From Octopus vulgaris (lineage: Eukaryota): a stretch of 64,000 nt of DNA. Each line of letters starts with the position of its first letter. Within the stretch, counting starts at the first letter, position 1. A program made the translations under genes and the position numbers. The notes below the pieces were generated by a model. The model did not search any database, had not been told where the DNA came from, and worked only from the letters and a program-made list of their open reading frames with translations. The stretch lies in the NCBI GenBank assembly GCA_951406725.2, contig OX597825.1, positions 85,436,001 through 85,500,000 of the forward strand, read 5' to 3'. Shown one piece after another: positions 1 to 14,262 of this stretch.

Positions 1-500
<500 letters not shown>

Positions 501-707
501 TGATATCTCTTAAATATTTTCATCACAGAAAAAGATGAAAATAAATTCTAATCACTCCCGCCCCTCCCCACCCCCACCTCATTTAGGACCAAACTCCTGG
601 CTTTTGTTCTCTGACCCCTAAACTGCCTTATCTCGAAACTTCAATGAAAACAACAATGATACTTATTTCTACAGAGCTTATTAGCTTTACAATTAAACGT
701 TTAATCT

Positions 708-750
<43 letters not shown>

Positions 751-3700
751 ATACACACATACACACATATATATAAATGTATTATGTATTTATGTATTCA
801 TATATATATTTAACAGATATGTGTATGTGTATGAGTGTGTGTGTGTATGTATGTATGCATGCATGTATGTATGTATGTATGTATGTATGTATGTATGTAT
901 GTATGTATGTATGTATGTTTGTGGGTGGGTGTGGATATAGACACTGATATACACTGATATGATCACACTCCCCAAAAATACGCATACACACATACATATA
1001 AACACATACACTCACACACATACTTATATACACACGCACTCACATACACCCACACATACAGTATCCTAGAGTTGAGGTTGTAATTAATATCCGTCTACTG
1101 AAGCCGCTATTGTCGAACATTAATTAAAAACCTCTACAAATGAAATCCATTCTTTCGTATCTATTCTGTCTATTTAACCACCGTTACCAGCTTCAGTAGA
1201 CTTAATTGTTCGCCAACATTTTGAAGGCATCTCTTTATTTTGTGCATAATTCGCTATTTTGGGAAGCACCGCATTATTCCTTCAGCCCAGTTCTTCATAA
1301 TCTCTCGAACTCGACAAGGTAGAGCAGTTGATATCGCTGACTCATTCCGTGTTGAATATATAAAACCGAACGAAACAGTCGGCGATGCTTGGCACAATTA
1401 GTAAATTTGCGCTTTTGATTTCACGGATGTCATCAAAACAAAATATGAATCAGTTGGCGATTACTACGACTGCGTTAATCAGCTATGATTTATATACTAG
1501 CATATTACCTGTCACATTGGGAGTAAATTTGGAAATATACTTTTCCTGCCACGGATAATATCAGGAAATAAGACATAAATACAATAATTATAATAAAACA
1601 TTTATCAAATTTTATGTTGTTTATACAGAATTATGAAATGAATACTAATTTTCGAAAGAAAATCTTTATCATCTCGAAATCAAATCAAATATATTTAATA
1701 TCTTATTTGCATATTTGCAAACTTCATGTTTTATTGTGTTTCTAAATGTTATCCTTTATAATTGTGGTCTCCTCGGTCGAAAATCTATCTCTGCAAAATT
1801 TAAAACCCTCACGTAACACCTCTGTCATTTTCTCTTCCTCATCTGCTGCCTCTATGATATTTTCCCTCACAATGTGTGTACTCTTCCTTAATACAACACG
1901 CCTAATAAGTGCGTGCAGCTTGTACTTCTTATGTTAACTCCCCCCACTCTCTCTCTCTCTCTCTCTTTTTATCTCCCTTTTAGTCTCTTACTCCCTCTCT
2001 ATACGATGTGAACTGTTACCGGAGAGACCAACCAACCAACATTTATATTAAATATAATTATTTAGAAGTCATTATGGTAGACTGGTAAAATCGAAAAAGT
2101 GACGCAGATAATATTTTGTAATATTTAGTGGAGTAATTTAAGCTAGAAATTAAAAATCTAAGAAGCAGGGTTTATTTTTCAAAAGTCATTAGGGTCGATA
2201 TATTGTAATACCAGTCATGTATCAAGGTTAATTCAAATTACTGTTTCTAACTGTTTGTATGTATGTATGTATGTATGTATGTATGTATGTATGTATGTAT
2301 GTATGTATGCATGTATGTATGTATGCATGTATGTATGTATGTATTTAGGTATGTATGTATGTATTTAGGTATGTATGTATGTATGTATGCATGTGTCTGT
2401 GTGTCTGTGTGACTGTGTGTATAAGTCCGTCTGTTCACGGCTGACTTGCGATTAAATAACACAACAGCACCAAGGGCAACAACACTAAAATCATTTGCAT
2501 TCAAAGTATAATTCTTAATTCTTGGTTCTACGTCCAGATAATCCATTTGTAGCCTTGAAGAATTCCTGAAAACGTTGACTTTCTGCAGAAAGATACACAT
2601 GATGTATTTAAACTACATGGCACCCTCAACAACCACATCCCCAGAAAATTCCGAATAAAAATCTAAAACGCAAAGTCCGTCAAACGTGAGTAGAAGAAAG
2701 CTTTCTGTTGCATCCACTTACGACAAGGTGGCCTCAGTCAATGAGAGTGAAATGCCCCCACACAACATTAAGGACGTGGTTTTAATGATTTATTGACTTC
2801 GTTAGCGGCATCTCACATAATGAGAGCAGTTATCAAATATTGAAATAATAATTAAAATTATTAACGTCCAAAGTGAGTTAATTAACACACCTGCCGTTAT
2901 GAATTCTAATGAATGCGTAACCGAATTATCGCCCACCACTCTATTAAAGGGACGACATGAATTTTAAAATAATTCAATCACACAAAGCGAGTCAACTGAA
3001 AATTTCTATTGAGCCATTTTATGATTGTTGTCAATAATGCAGATGATCATACTTCAGTGCTGTTGCATCTGGCGGGAGGTTTCTAGAACACTGCGCAGAG
3101 ATATGTCTCTGTAAAACACACAGATTTAGACACTCGTTTCCACAAATAATATTGATTTTCAACATTGGCACCACGCCACCTACTTGGGGGTGGAATATTG
3201 TCTTGGTCTTTGTGTCATATTATAATTCTGTTCGCATCTTGAACGCATTATGTGAATATAAATCATCCCAGTGTTTCATTAATACTTTATTTTTATCGAT
3301 CCCCAAAGGATGAAAGGCAAAGCTAGAAATGCGACCAGAGTGGAACTCAACGCAAATCAATGGCTTTCAACCATTTTTTTTTATACATCTATAGACCCTT
3401 TTCATTATTATTCTGTTCTAATGGACCCATAGAGTCAGTCGATGTTTAAAAACTAGTTTTGTAGATACTCCTTTCAAAATCCCTATTTTGTTTATCACTT
3501 ATTCACTTGTGTAGGTACGCGACAGAACCCTTTGGGAGAAGATATTGCAGTGACAGGAATCATGTTGAAATATGTAAAACATTAGAGAAAGCAACCGAAT
3601 TATTTCTTGCAATAAATACCTGCAAAAGCATTATGGACCCTAATATACGACTGTAGACCCCCAATTTACTACTCCCTCCAGAAATCATATACCAAATCCC

Positions 3701-4174
3701 AGGCGTCATATGGTCCTCACTTGAGATCCAGTGACATAAATGGTCGTATCTAAATAATGCAAGACAATTTGTCAAACGCTATAACGATTTATCCAATTAA
3801 TCGATGATTCCAATATATGATTGGTACTTTATTTTATCGATACCGAAGGATAAAAGGCAAACTTGATCTCGGTGGGGTTTGAAATCAGGGTGTACAGAAC
3901 AGTATTTATCTTGCATTTGTTTCAATGTACACGTACGTATATGTATGCAAATATGCACTTTTTGTTTTGAAATAGAGTACTCAATACACGTTGTAGAGTA
4001 TATATGTTAAGAGTAATCTGATGTTTAATTCCGTCGCTACTCACAGTTTCTCCTTCGATGCGTTTTCTCTTTTTAAATTCGTGAATACTCTACCCTACCA
4101 AATACAGTAAACAGCAATAGCTTTATACATTAACTACAACATTTATACATACACTCATACATATATTAAAACAC

Positions 4175-4208
<34 letters not shown>

Positions 4209-4868
4209 GCGCTCATAAACAGATGCATGCACATACACGTACGCAAGCACATATACACACATTCAAGCTGGCATACACATACACCAGCACACACATATAC
4301 GAGCCTGCATATATACACACGCATCTGCAGGAATGAGATTCTGTGTAATCTTTTACGAACACTTTGATTTCGAATATTAATATTCCAACTTTGTGTTAAC
4401 ATTCCTAAATCAACATTAAGCAGAAGGAATATTTATTCATTTATTCATGTTTTCAATTTTCATATCTTTAAAGCAAAAGTCATTGATATTAAACATACAT
4501 ACATACGTACATACACATATATATATGTATGCAAGTATGTATGTATACGTATGCCTGTACACGTACGGTTGGATTCCCCCATAACTGCTATGTATGACTG
4601 GTGTATTGTGCACATTTATATACATACAAACACACACACACACAAACGCTCTCAGCCACACACACACACACACACCATACAGAAAGACTTATTCAGACTT
4701 ATCCATTGGTATTAACAAACGGGGAAGAAAGAACTCGATAGAAAAGCAGAGTATAACAATCAAACGAAGTAAATCTTATATACTGTGCGCGTGCGTGTGT
4801 ACGCAGAAATATATATGTGTGTGTCCTGAGGGATTGTATGTGTGTGTGTGCATGTAGATAGATAGATA

Positions 4869-4939
<71 letters not shown>

Positions 4940-4943
<4 letters not shown>

Positions 4944-5089
4944 TAGTGTAACATAAGAAGTGCCTTAGCAGGACACCTAACATGCTAGAAGGAATTACTT
5001 CTAACTGTGGTTTGGATTTTGACCGGTCCTTCTAGCATGTTAGATGTCCTGTCAAAGCACCTCTTATGTGTTTAAATGTACACTAATTT
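4940..5089. repeat. Long inverted repeat (hairpin) next to (TA)n, probable Penelope-like terminal remnant
   Basis: Arm 4940-4993 (AAATTAGTGTA..CATAAGAAGTGCCTTAGCAGGACACCTAACATGCTAGAAGGA) pairs with 5027-5089. The Penelope assignment is inference. Confidence 0.8.
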
Positions 5090-5185
5090 TATATGAATAC
5101 TATATAGTCTAATGACTATTTTCTGCATGCTAGGCTACTGGTAGAAAAATTTCTATAATTTTCCTACCCTGTATATTTTTCCTTA

Positions 5186-5265
<80 letters not shown>

Positions 5266-5489
5266 TATGTATTTATGTATGTCTGTATGCTCTCGTGTAC
5301 TTTTAATTATTTGATATATTCTTCCAAACAAGGAGCTGGTTTCTCTCAAAGATACAAAGCTCTTTCCAATATAGATAACGAAAGTTAATCCACCTTTTGA
5401 ACTTAAGCAAAGCTTCGTATATTTTTATTGTTCCGCTTAGAGATTGTATTTGTAATGTGAATGTTAACCGTAGCTTCGCCCGATTCTCC

Positions 5490-5665
5490 CTTAGGCATTT
5501 ACTTATAAGAATAAGTGCACTGTAAAAGCTGAAGGTTTCGAAGTTGTTGTCCGTCGTTATCCTCTACATCTTGGCTTTTTGAATAGCTATTCCCATCAGC
5601 GGACAACTGACCTCCATGGCGGTGGATGTGCTTCTTCTCTGTCCCAAACAACGATATCCAACATA
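5490..5665 (-). mobile_element. Very old RLE-type non-LTR retrotransposon remnant
   Basis: With frameshifts the minus strand reads DIVVWDREE..MEVSCPL...EDNDGQQLRNLQLL, resembling the PD-(D/E)xK region (PDIVVWD...EVSCP..N...K) of RLE LINEs. Confidence 0.45.
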
Positions 5666-5679
5666 TGTTGTTACGTATG

Positions 5680-5892
5680 CTTTTATTCCTTTACCTGTTT
5701 CAGTCACTTGACTGCGGTCATGCTGCAGCACCACCTTGAATTATTTTTAGTTGAATGAATCGACACCAGTACCAACTTTTTAAGCCAGTTACTTATTGCG
5801 CTGGTCTCTTTTGCCGAACCGCTAAAATCACGAGCACGCAAACACACCAACACCGGTTGTCAAGGGTTGATGGGGGAAACAAACACACACAA

Positions 5893-5965
<73 letters not shown>

Positions 5966-5975
5966 AACACACACC

Positions 5976-6011
<36 letters not shown>

Positions 6012-6178
6012 TATATATATACAAGTTTCTTTCAGTTTCCTTCAACCAAATTCCATTCATAAGGCTTTGGTCGGCCCGAGGCTATAGCAGAAGACACTTG
6101 CCCAAGTTGCCACGCAGTGGGACTGAACCCGGAACCATGTTGTTGAGGAGCAAGCTTCTTACCACCCACCCACGCCTG
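5680..6178 (-). mobile_element. tRNA-derived SINE, family A, near full length with an internal (CA)n
   Basis: Minus-strand head has pol III A/B-box-like motifs (GTGGTAAG..GGTTCAGTCCC) and tail GGTGGTGCTGCAGCATGACCGCAGTCAAGTGACTGAAAC. Homologous pieces recur about ten times in the window. Confidence 0.85.
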
Positions 6179-6720
6179 TAGAAGTTTTGATGGGACTTTT
6201 CAAGTATGGGCTCTCTTGCTCCCAGTTATTGAATAACCGTTGATCTTATTGAGTTCATCCGGCCACCTTTTGACAGATTTTATTTTTCGTTTTGCAGTCG
6301 GTGCTGCCGGTTTTGTCACCGACTGCCCCACCATTCGACAGGCCGTATTAGATTGAATGTATGTATGTATGTTTGTATGTATGTATGTATCTATCTATCT
6401 ATCCATCTATCTATTTATGTATGCATGCATATATGTATGTATGTATGTATGTATGCATGTATGCATGTATGTATGTTTGCATGAATTTATGTATGTATGT
6501 ATGTATGCATATATGTATACATGCATGTATGTATATATGTATGTATGCATATATGTATGCATGCATGTATGTATGTATATATGTATGTATGCATATATGT
6601 ATGTATGAATGTATGTATGTATGTATGTATGTATGTATGTATGTATGTATGTATGTATGTATGTATTATATATATATATATATATGTATGTATTTATGTG
6701 TGTGTATACACATAAATACA

Positions 6721-6774
<54 letters not shown>

Positions 6775-7209
6775 TATAATCGTAGTATACTATCCGATAA
6801 CATCAGCTCCTGCAGGTCAAAGTTGCATTCACTCAAGATGCCGGTTTGCGACCTTGCTAATAAATTCAAGGAGAAAGTGTCGAATTCTTGCGCTTGACCG
6901 ACCTCTCAGCTCAGCCGCATCCATCTCCCAACCATTGTTGGTAAGTCTTGTATGAAATCCGTTTGGTATTCATCATTGTTCGTAGAATTATTACTGATCG
7001 ATATTTCGCTGTCCTCAAGAGTTAGAAATGATTCCTCCTAGCATTTGATATCCATGTCGGAGATAATATGTATCACTGGTCCAGAGACAGATTGCATTGC
7101 TTTGATCTTTCATTCAGACCGATTCTAGTTCTGAGCGATTCTCATGGAATCACTTCAAAGTATGTCGCAGCCTAAACGCCTTAATTTATCATGGCTCGTA
7201 TATATTACG

Positions 7210-7390
7210 CGAAGGCGCGTGACCGAGTGATTAAGGAATTGACTCATGTTTGTAGGATTTCGGTTTCGATTCCCGAAGTGGGAAGTTCGTTGTGTTCTTG
7301 AGCAAAACACTTCATTTCACTCAACTGAAAATGATTAACGCTGCGATGTACTGGCGTCCCGTTCAGGGGGAGTGTTGTCATCCCGGTTAC
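7210..7390 (+). mobile_element. tRNA-derived SINE, family C, 5' part
   Basis: GAAGGCGCGTGACCGAGTGATTAAGG...GGTTTCGATTCCC...TTGAGCAAAACACTTCATTTCAC; homologous to 15297 and 48482. Confidence 0.7.
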
Positions 7391-7402
7391 GAAAACCACT
7401 AA

Positions 7403-8148
7403 GTTTTAACGTTCTAGCTCACTTTCGCTGTTTACGATAATGCCTGGAATGAAGGTGTGTAGCGCGTGACCGTCGCATTGAACAGGACAAGGAAGGTTGA
7501 GCAGAGAATCTGCATCAAATTTTGCCGAAAGCTTGGTGATACCTGCGCAGAGGCCTACGCAAAGTTTTCAAAAAGTTTTCATCGTTCTCGACACAATCAA
7601 GGTGACCTTGTGCGACTGAAACCCGAGTGTTCTTTTGGTCAGCTGAAAACAGTTTCGGCACGAACTTGGCAGACACGCGTCTCATACTCAAATCTTCAGT
7701 GATAATCGACTGAACTAAACTGTAACTAATCTGCACATCCTCTGATAACTCACGGATTTCCTCTCACAGCTGCACGCACATCTGCGATGTTCTTCTCAGT
7801 TCTGCTGCTGGCGGCCTCACAGAACGCTCGTCAATATCGATATTTTTCGGCCATCTTAGAAAAGTCTGACCCAACCGTACACCGGTGTGCGCCTCAAACA
7901 CACCTCTCCGTACACTTTCTGCAACTTTGCGTAGGCCTCTGAACAGGTATCGCCATGACAACCTTCTCTGCTATGGTCGATGCGACGATCACACGCTACA
8001 CACCTTCCTTCCAAGAACTGCTGTAAACAGCGGAAGTGAGCTAGAACGTTAAAACAGTGCACATGCGCAGCAGTATTCAAGGCTTTACTCTGCGTGCTTT
8101 AGCTTTGTTACTATAGCGACAGTCCGGATATTTATTGATCAGACTTCG
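7403..8148 (-). mobile_element. Defective mariner transposon derivative with fold-back (inverted 5' arm) structure
   Basis: TIR at about 8121-8148 followed by TA. Minus-strand peptide ISYSLVQSIITEDLSMRRVSAKFVPKL (WVPHEL-type linker); plus-strand KVEQRICIKFCRKLGDTCAEAYAK (N-terminal HTH). Confidence 0.9.
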
Positions 8149-8173
8149 TAAATTACTACATAGATAGATAGAT

Positions 8174-8309
<136 letters not shown>

Positions 8310-8312
8310 GGA

Positions 8313-8371
<59 letters not shown>

Positions 8372-9260
8372 TGACTGAGAGTGAGAAAGACATTCAGATG
8401 GACAGACAGTAGACAAACAGAACGACAGACAGACAGACAACCACATACATACACACATACATACATACATACATACATACATACATACATACATACATAC
8501 ATACATACGTACGTACGTACGTACGTACATACATACATACATACATACATACATACAAACATACATACATAAACAGGAAGGTAGTTATTCTAGTTATTTC
8601 CCGTGACGTGCAGGCCCCTCTCTAAATAAGAAACAAGATGTCTATATTGGCAGATTGTAAGGTAATGTCATAAAAGAAGACACTTTAAACCTTGGTTCCA
8701 ACTTCCGCCATCAATCATTCTCCCGCCCAAAAACGTTACAATTTTTTTTCTGTCTGTCTTCACACACACACAAACACCTTCGTATACATACATACGTACG
8801 TACACGTTATTTAATTGAATTGACTTTCGTTGACTCGTATCGACATGGCTTACCCCTGAGCTCGAGTTTTGTGTTTGTCTTGAGAGCTGTTTGTTTGACA
8901 AGGATATCATATTGAAGAATTATCAATTTCCAACAATAATAACTTTTCTTTCCATTCAGAATTCAATATATTCTGCTATTGTGTACAATTGATTAAAGGT
9001 ATACATTCTCACATTGTATACAATGGGTGATATTTTTATATTATTGTGTGTGTATATATATATATATATATAGATGTATATATATACACACACATATATA
9101 TACATACATATATATATAAATACATATACATATATAGATGTATATATATACACACACATATATATGCATACATATATATATAAATACATATACATATATA
9201 CATATATATACATATATAGCTATACATATTCATATATTTACACACACACACATATATATG

Positions 9261-9297
<37 letters not shown>

Positions 9298-9734
9298 TCA
9301 TACATAAATTTACATATATATATATATATATTCATATATAGATATGCTCAGGCACACACACACACACATATATATAGATATATGTATACATGTATGTATA
9401 TATACACAAACATATGTATGTGTGTACGTATAAGATGGCATTGTCTAGATTCATTAAACGTACACATTTTGGGTAGATAGATAGATAGATAGAAGCAAAC
9501 GAAACTTTCTCTTCTCTCTTTGATAAACTCTAAAAGTCAATATTTTTTTCCTTCACTCGCGGCAATTAAATGACATTTCTCTTTATTAGTTACCACGTCT
9601 CTTATAAAAGTTAACCAAATTAATATATGTGTGCGGGAGTGTCTGTGTGCGCGTATGCGTGTGCTTCTGTGTGTGTGAGTGTCTGTGTGTGTGTGCGTGT
9701 ATGAGTAAAATATATATATATATATATATATATA

Positions 9735-10260
9735 ATGTGAGGGGTTTAGCTCACGTGTGATCTAAATGAATAGAATGGGTAAGTTCTATAATTAGTGAAC
9801 CGTTAGGTTCCAAGATCACAGCTAAGACTAGATCTAGGGCTCCGTATTAGGGTTTCGTTACATCAGCTATACATTATATTAGAGAAAAATCAAAACCCAT
9901 GGCAGAACGAATATCTCAAGTAATTTAGAATAATTTAATTAGGGTAATGTGAATATGAACTCTTACACCCGTTTCTGGTTGGTTAGCCTGTCCGTGCACT
10001 GGGTATTCCGTCATCAGAGACGAGGTATGGATATTTTAGACGGGAAAAATTTGCAGTTTACAACGAATAGAATTCACAATTTATAAGGAATAAAATAGAA
10101 GAATAAAGAGTAAAAGTGGTTAGAAGAATATAGGCAGAAGAATGATGTTCACAATTCATCTTTTTCGAGAGAATATGGATGTTGGTCGTCACTTCTCTGA
10201 AGGAAAAGGTATTTAGGCTTTTAGTTAAAATCCCAGGAATTTAGTTAAAAGTCGCACTGA
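9735..10260 (-). mobile_element. Probable Penelope-like element 3'/pLTR remnant with a degenerate hammerhead motif
   Basis: Begins at a (TA)n tract; minus strand 9958-10027 has TCT-CTGATGA...GAAAC-GGGT-GTA-AGA. Extent is approximate. Confidence 0.5.
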
Positions 10261-10529
10261 CATTATAACCACAGGTTAATGGCAATTCCAGCTCATTTCT
10301 TATATCAACCAGCTTAACATCAGATTATTTCAGCCCAACATGAGAAAACCATTAACACAGAAACATCCTAAATAGCATGAGCGCCATCATCGCCATTAAC
10401 ACGACCGCCACCTCCGACATCATCACCACCACCATCCGCCTCTCCCTCCATCACCATGACTACAACAGCTACCGCCATTATCGCTGCCAATATAAGTAAC
10501 AACCGAGTCGCTGAAAATTCCATTAATAA

Positions 10530-10735
10530 TGTCTTTTACTTGTTTGTCATTATACTGCGGCCATGCTGGAGCACCGCCTTGAAGAATTTTAGTCGAACGC
10601 ATCAAAGCCTATGTTTTAAGCAGCCTGGTACTTATTCTCTCGGTCGCTTTTGCTGGACCGTTAGGTTACGCGGATATAAACACACCAACACCGGTTGTGA
10701 AGGAGTTGTGGGGGACAAACACCGGCACAAATCAC
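10530..10735 (-). mobile_element. SINE family A, 3' half
   Basis: Plus strand CTGCGGCCATGCTGGAGCACCGCCTTGAAGAATT...ACACCAACACCGGTTGT matches 5700-5885. Confidence 0.8.
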
Positions 10736-11270
10736 ACACACGCACACACTTATGTACAAGCACACACCCACGCACGCACACACACATACACACTTATATA
10801 CACACACGCACACATGCACACACTTATATACATGAACGCACACACACACACACACACACACACGTACACACACACACAACGTTCATAATATGAGAGATTT
10901 AATCATTTCAATGGTTCTAGTCTTAGAACGTTCGTTCATATCACATATCTTACAATTATTGTTACACGACTGTGAAATAGGACGATTCCTTAAAAAGTAG
11001 GATAGTATTTGGCTGATATGAAGTGGACCATTTCTCTTTAAGACACCCGGATGGGAAGTTTTTAATCTACTAAATGCATGGACAGTCTCCGTTAGTTGCA
11101 CTTTTCTGTAATCCACTCTGTCAAATATGGCGTTTCCTAATGACTGACCAATATATTCCAACTATTCATTTATATACACACACACATACATACATACATA
11201 CATACATACATACATACATACAGACAGACAGACAGACAGACACATATACATATATATATATATACATACA

Positions 11271-11313
<43 letters not shown>

Positions 11314-11443
11314 TTATTGATACATATACTATATACATATCGTGTATATGCATATAAATATATATGCATAACACTATATATATATGTGTCTGTGTATTAT
11401 ATACATAATGCATATTAATACATATAAAATATATATACATATG

Positions 11444-11485
<42 letters not shown>

Positions 11486-11571
11486 ATATATTATATGTAT
11501 TAATATTATTTATATATGTATATAATACGCACACATAAATATATATATACATATATACACATTCATATCTG

Positions 11572-11608
<37 letters not shown>

Positions 11609-12074
11609 CATATATATATATATATATGTTATATATATATATAAATATATACACCCATTCATATCTGTTATATATACATACATAAATTTATATATATATA
11701 TATATATATATATACATACATATTTATATCTAGCATACATTCATATCTATTATATATATATATATATATGAGCCATTCACACAGAGGAAGAGTGATAGTT
11801 TTGGCAACGACATCAACTGGTGACGACGATGGCTGAACTAGCAGAAGACACGGAAACCATAGAAGCGTTGACGACTTTCTTGTCTGTTTTTCTGTTACAA
11901 CACTTAAAAGGGAAACATGAAAGGGCGGTCGATGTATAATAAATGTAGTCTTTGATGAAGTCGGCGAATCAAGTGAAAGGTATGAAAGCCGCCAGAAAAC
12001 GGCATCAAACGCCAGGACCTCGTCACCACCAAAACCTCTCACCCGAAGCAAATATATATCTTTTACCATTTATT

Positions 12075-12731
12075 TTTTTAGTTGTATTAGTCATTGGACT
12101 GAGGCCATGCTGGGGCACCGCTTTGAAGAATTTTTGGTCGAATGAATCGGTCCTGGTGCATATTTTGTTTACGTCTGGTACGTATTCCATCGATCTCTTT
12201 TTTACGACTCACAAAATTACAGGGAAGTAAACACACCCACAATGGTTATCAAGCGATGGTGGGGAACAAACACAGACACAAAAACAACTACATATATATA
12301 TATATGTACATAAATACACACACTAATAAATTATTATTTATTAATTAAAAAAATTGACAAACATCTCTTTTTTAATTAATGAATTATAATTTATTAATTA
12401 CCTCTCTATTTTCTCATCTAATTATTATAATAAATTAATATCACCAACATTAAGTCAAACACGTAAAGTCTCCTAGCATACATCATGTACAAGGGAGATA
12501 ATCACTTTTTCGTAATATTTGGCGGGATTAGAAGCTTGAATTTGAAATTAAGAAATTAGAAGGAAAACGACGGGTTCCTTTCAGTTTCCGTCTCCCAAAT
12601 CCACTCACAGGGATTTGGTTGGTCTGAGGCTATAGAGAAGACACTTGCTCAAGGTGCCACAAAGTTGGACTAAACTTGGAACCATGTGGTTGGGAAGGAA
12701 GCTTCTTACAACAGCGCCACACCTTCACCTA
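12075..12731 (-). mobile_element. SINE family A, split by nested insertions at about 12324-12565
   Basis: Tail half at 12075-12290 and head half at 12568-12731 are each colinear with 5680-6178. Confidence 0.8.
12467..12565 (+). repeat. About 100 bp dispersed direct repeat, copy 1 (copy 2 at 14962-15062)
   Basis: TGTACAAGGGAGATAATCACTT(T/C)TTCGTAATATTTGGCGGGATTAGAAG..GAAATTAAGAAATTAGAAGG occurs at both sites with few mismatches. Confidence 0.9.
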
Positions 12732-13246
12732 TGTAGGGAAAAATTAATCAACACTGCCTGTACTCGAACTCAGAACATAAAGGAACCTATATAAATATCA
12801 CAAGGCATTTAATAATGCTTTCTGCCGTATCAAGCATTCTTTTCCGTTTTTAATGTCCCACACCGCATTGTCAATCGACCATCTTATTAATAATCATTAA
12901 TGAAAAAGACAGAACATCAAAAATGTGAAAGGGTGTTAAAATCGATATATCAGTCAGGGATTTAATTTAGCGCCCCTGGAAAAAAGAATAAGTCGCTAAG
13001 GGTAGGATTTGATCTTGGAATATTAAAAGAATGAACTCAATATTGCAAAGTCTTTTTGTCCTGTTTTATTGATTTTGCAAATACAGCGAACATATTATCT
13101 TACCTAGTGACCACCACTCCTCAAAACTAAAGTTTTGTTACTTTTATCACTGAATAGGTTGTTCTGTGGGAGAAATAAACATATTTAGAAAGGAGCACAG
13201 ATTGCAAAGGAACAGGCTGAAGACAAGTACGAAACCCACCTCTCTC

Positions 13247-13317
<71 letters not shown>

Positions 13318-13998
13318 CTATCTCTCTATCTCTCTCTCCATCCTTTCTGTTTGACTCTCTGTCTTTCTCTTTCTCGCCTCGTCTTTCTCTTCTTTCGTTA
13401 AACTCTCTGCCTACCTCCCTCCTCTCTCTCCCTTTCTTATTTAAGTTTGACTATCGCTGTCTCACCCTCCCAATATCTCTCCCCAATCTCTCTATCAATC
13501 TCCCTTCCCTCTCCCTCTCATTCTCTCACTCTCCCCCTCTTTCTCTCTCTATCTCTCTCGAATCGACATCGAAGCCTCATTCTTTCAATGCTGCATTTCA
13601 ACAGGAGGTCTTTATCTTCGATTATCGATCTGACAAGTGGTGCATTTCGGACAAAAGTACTTTTACTTCCAGAAACTCCAGTCTCTTAGGTACAACATTG
13701 ACCTACAAATCATTTCACCTGGCACTTAACAGAAGGCGACCCTGGCTTTCCTCAACTGTTTAACAACCCTCCTGGTTCCCACAACTTCATTTATAGCATT
13801 CTCTCTCAGCTAACAAGTTGCAATTACAGATTGACTAAGATACGAAACTAGTTGTAGTATGGATTGACAAAGATACGAACAAACAAGCTTGGTATTTAGA
13901 AATAGAGCCTGTGGCATTAATAACAAAATCTGATAAAGAAATAAATAACAAAACAAATAAAAAGTCTGATAAAATACATATACATACATACATACATA

Positions 13999-14091
<93 letters not shown>

Positions 14092-14159
14092 ATATATATG
14101 TATATACGTATATATGTATATATATATATGCGCGTATATATATACGTGTATATATATAC

Positions 14160-14262
<103 letters not shown>

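Noticed and set aside
2420-2600. Possible minus-strand exon after a TCTTTCTGCAG acceptor-like site
   Set aside because: No recognisable protein motif or clear donor, and the frame runs into microsatellite.
10883-11161. 92-aa minus-strand ORF with CNNNCKIC
   Set aside because: No family I can recognise and a non-ATG start; cannot be distinguished from a decayed transposon or chance.
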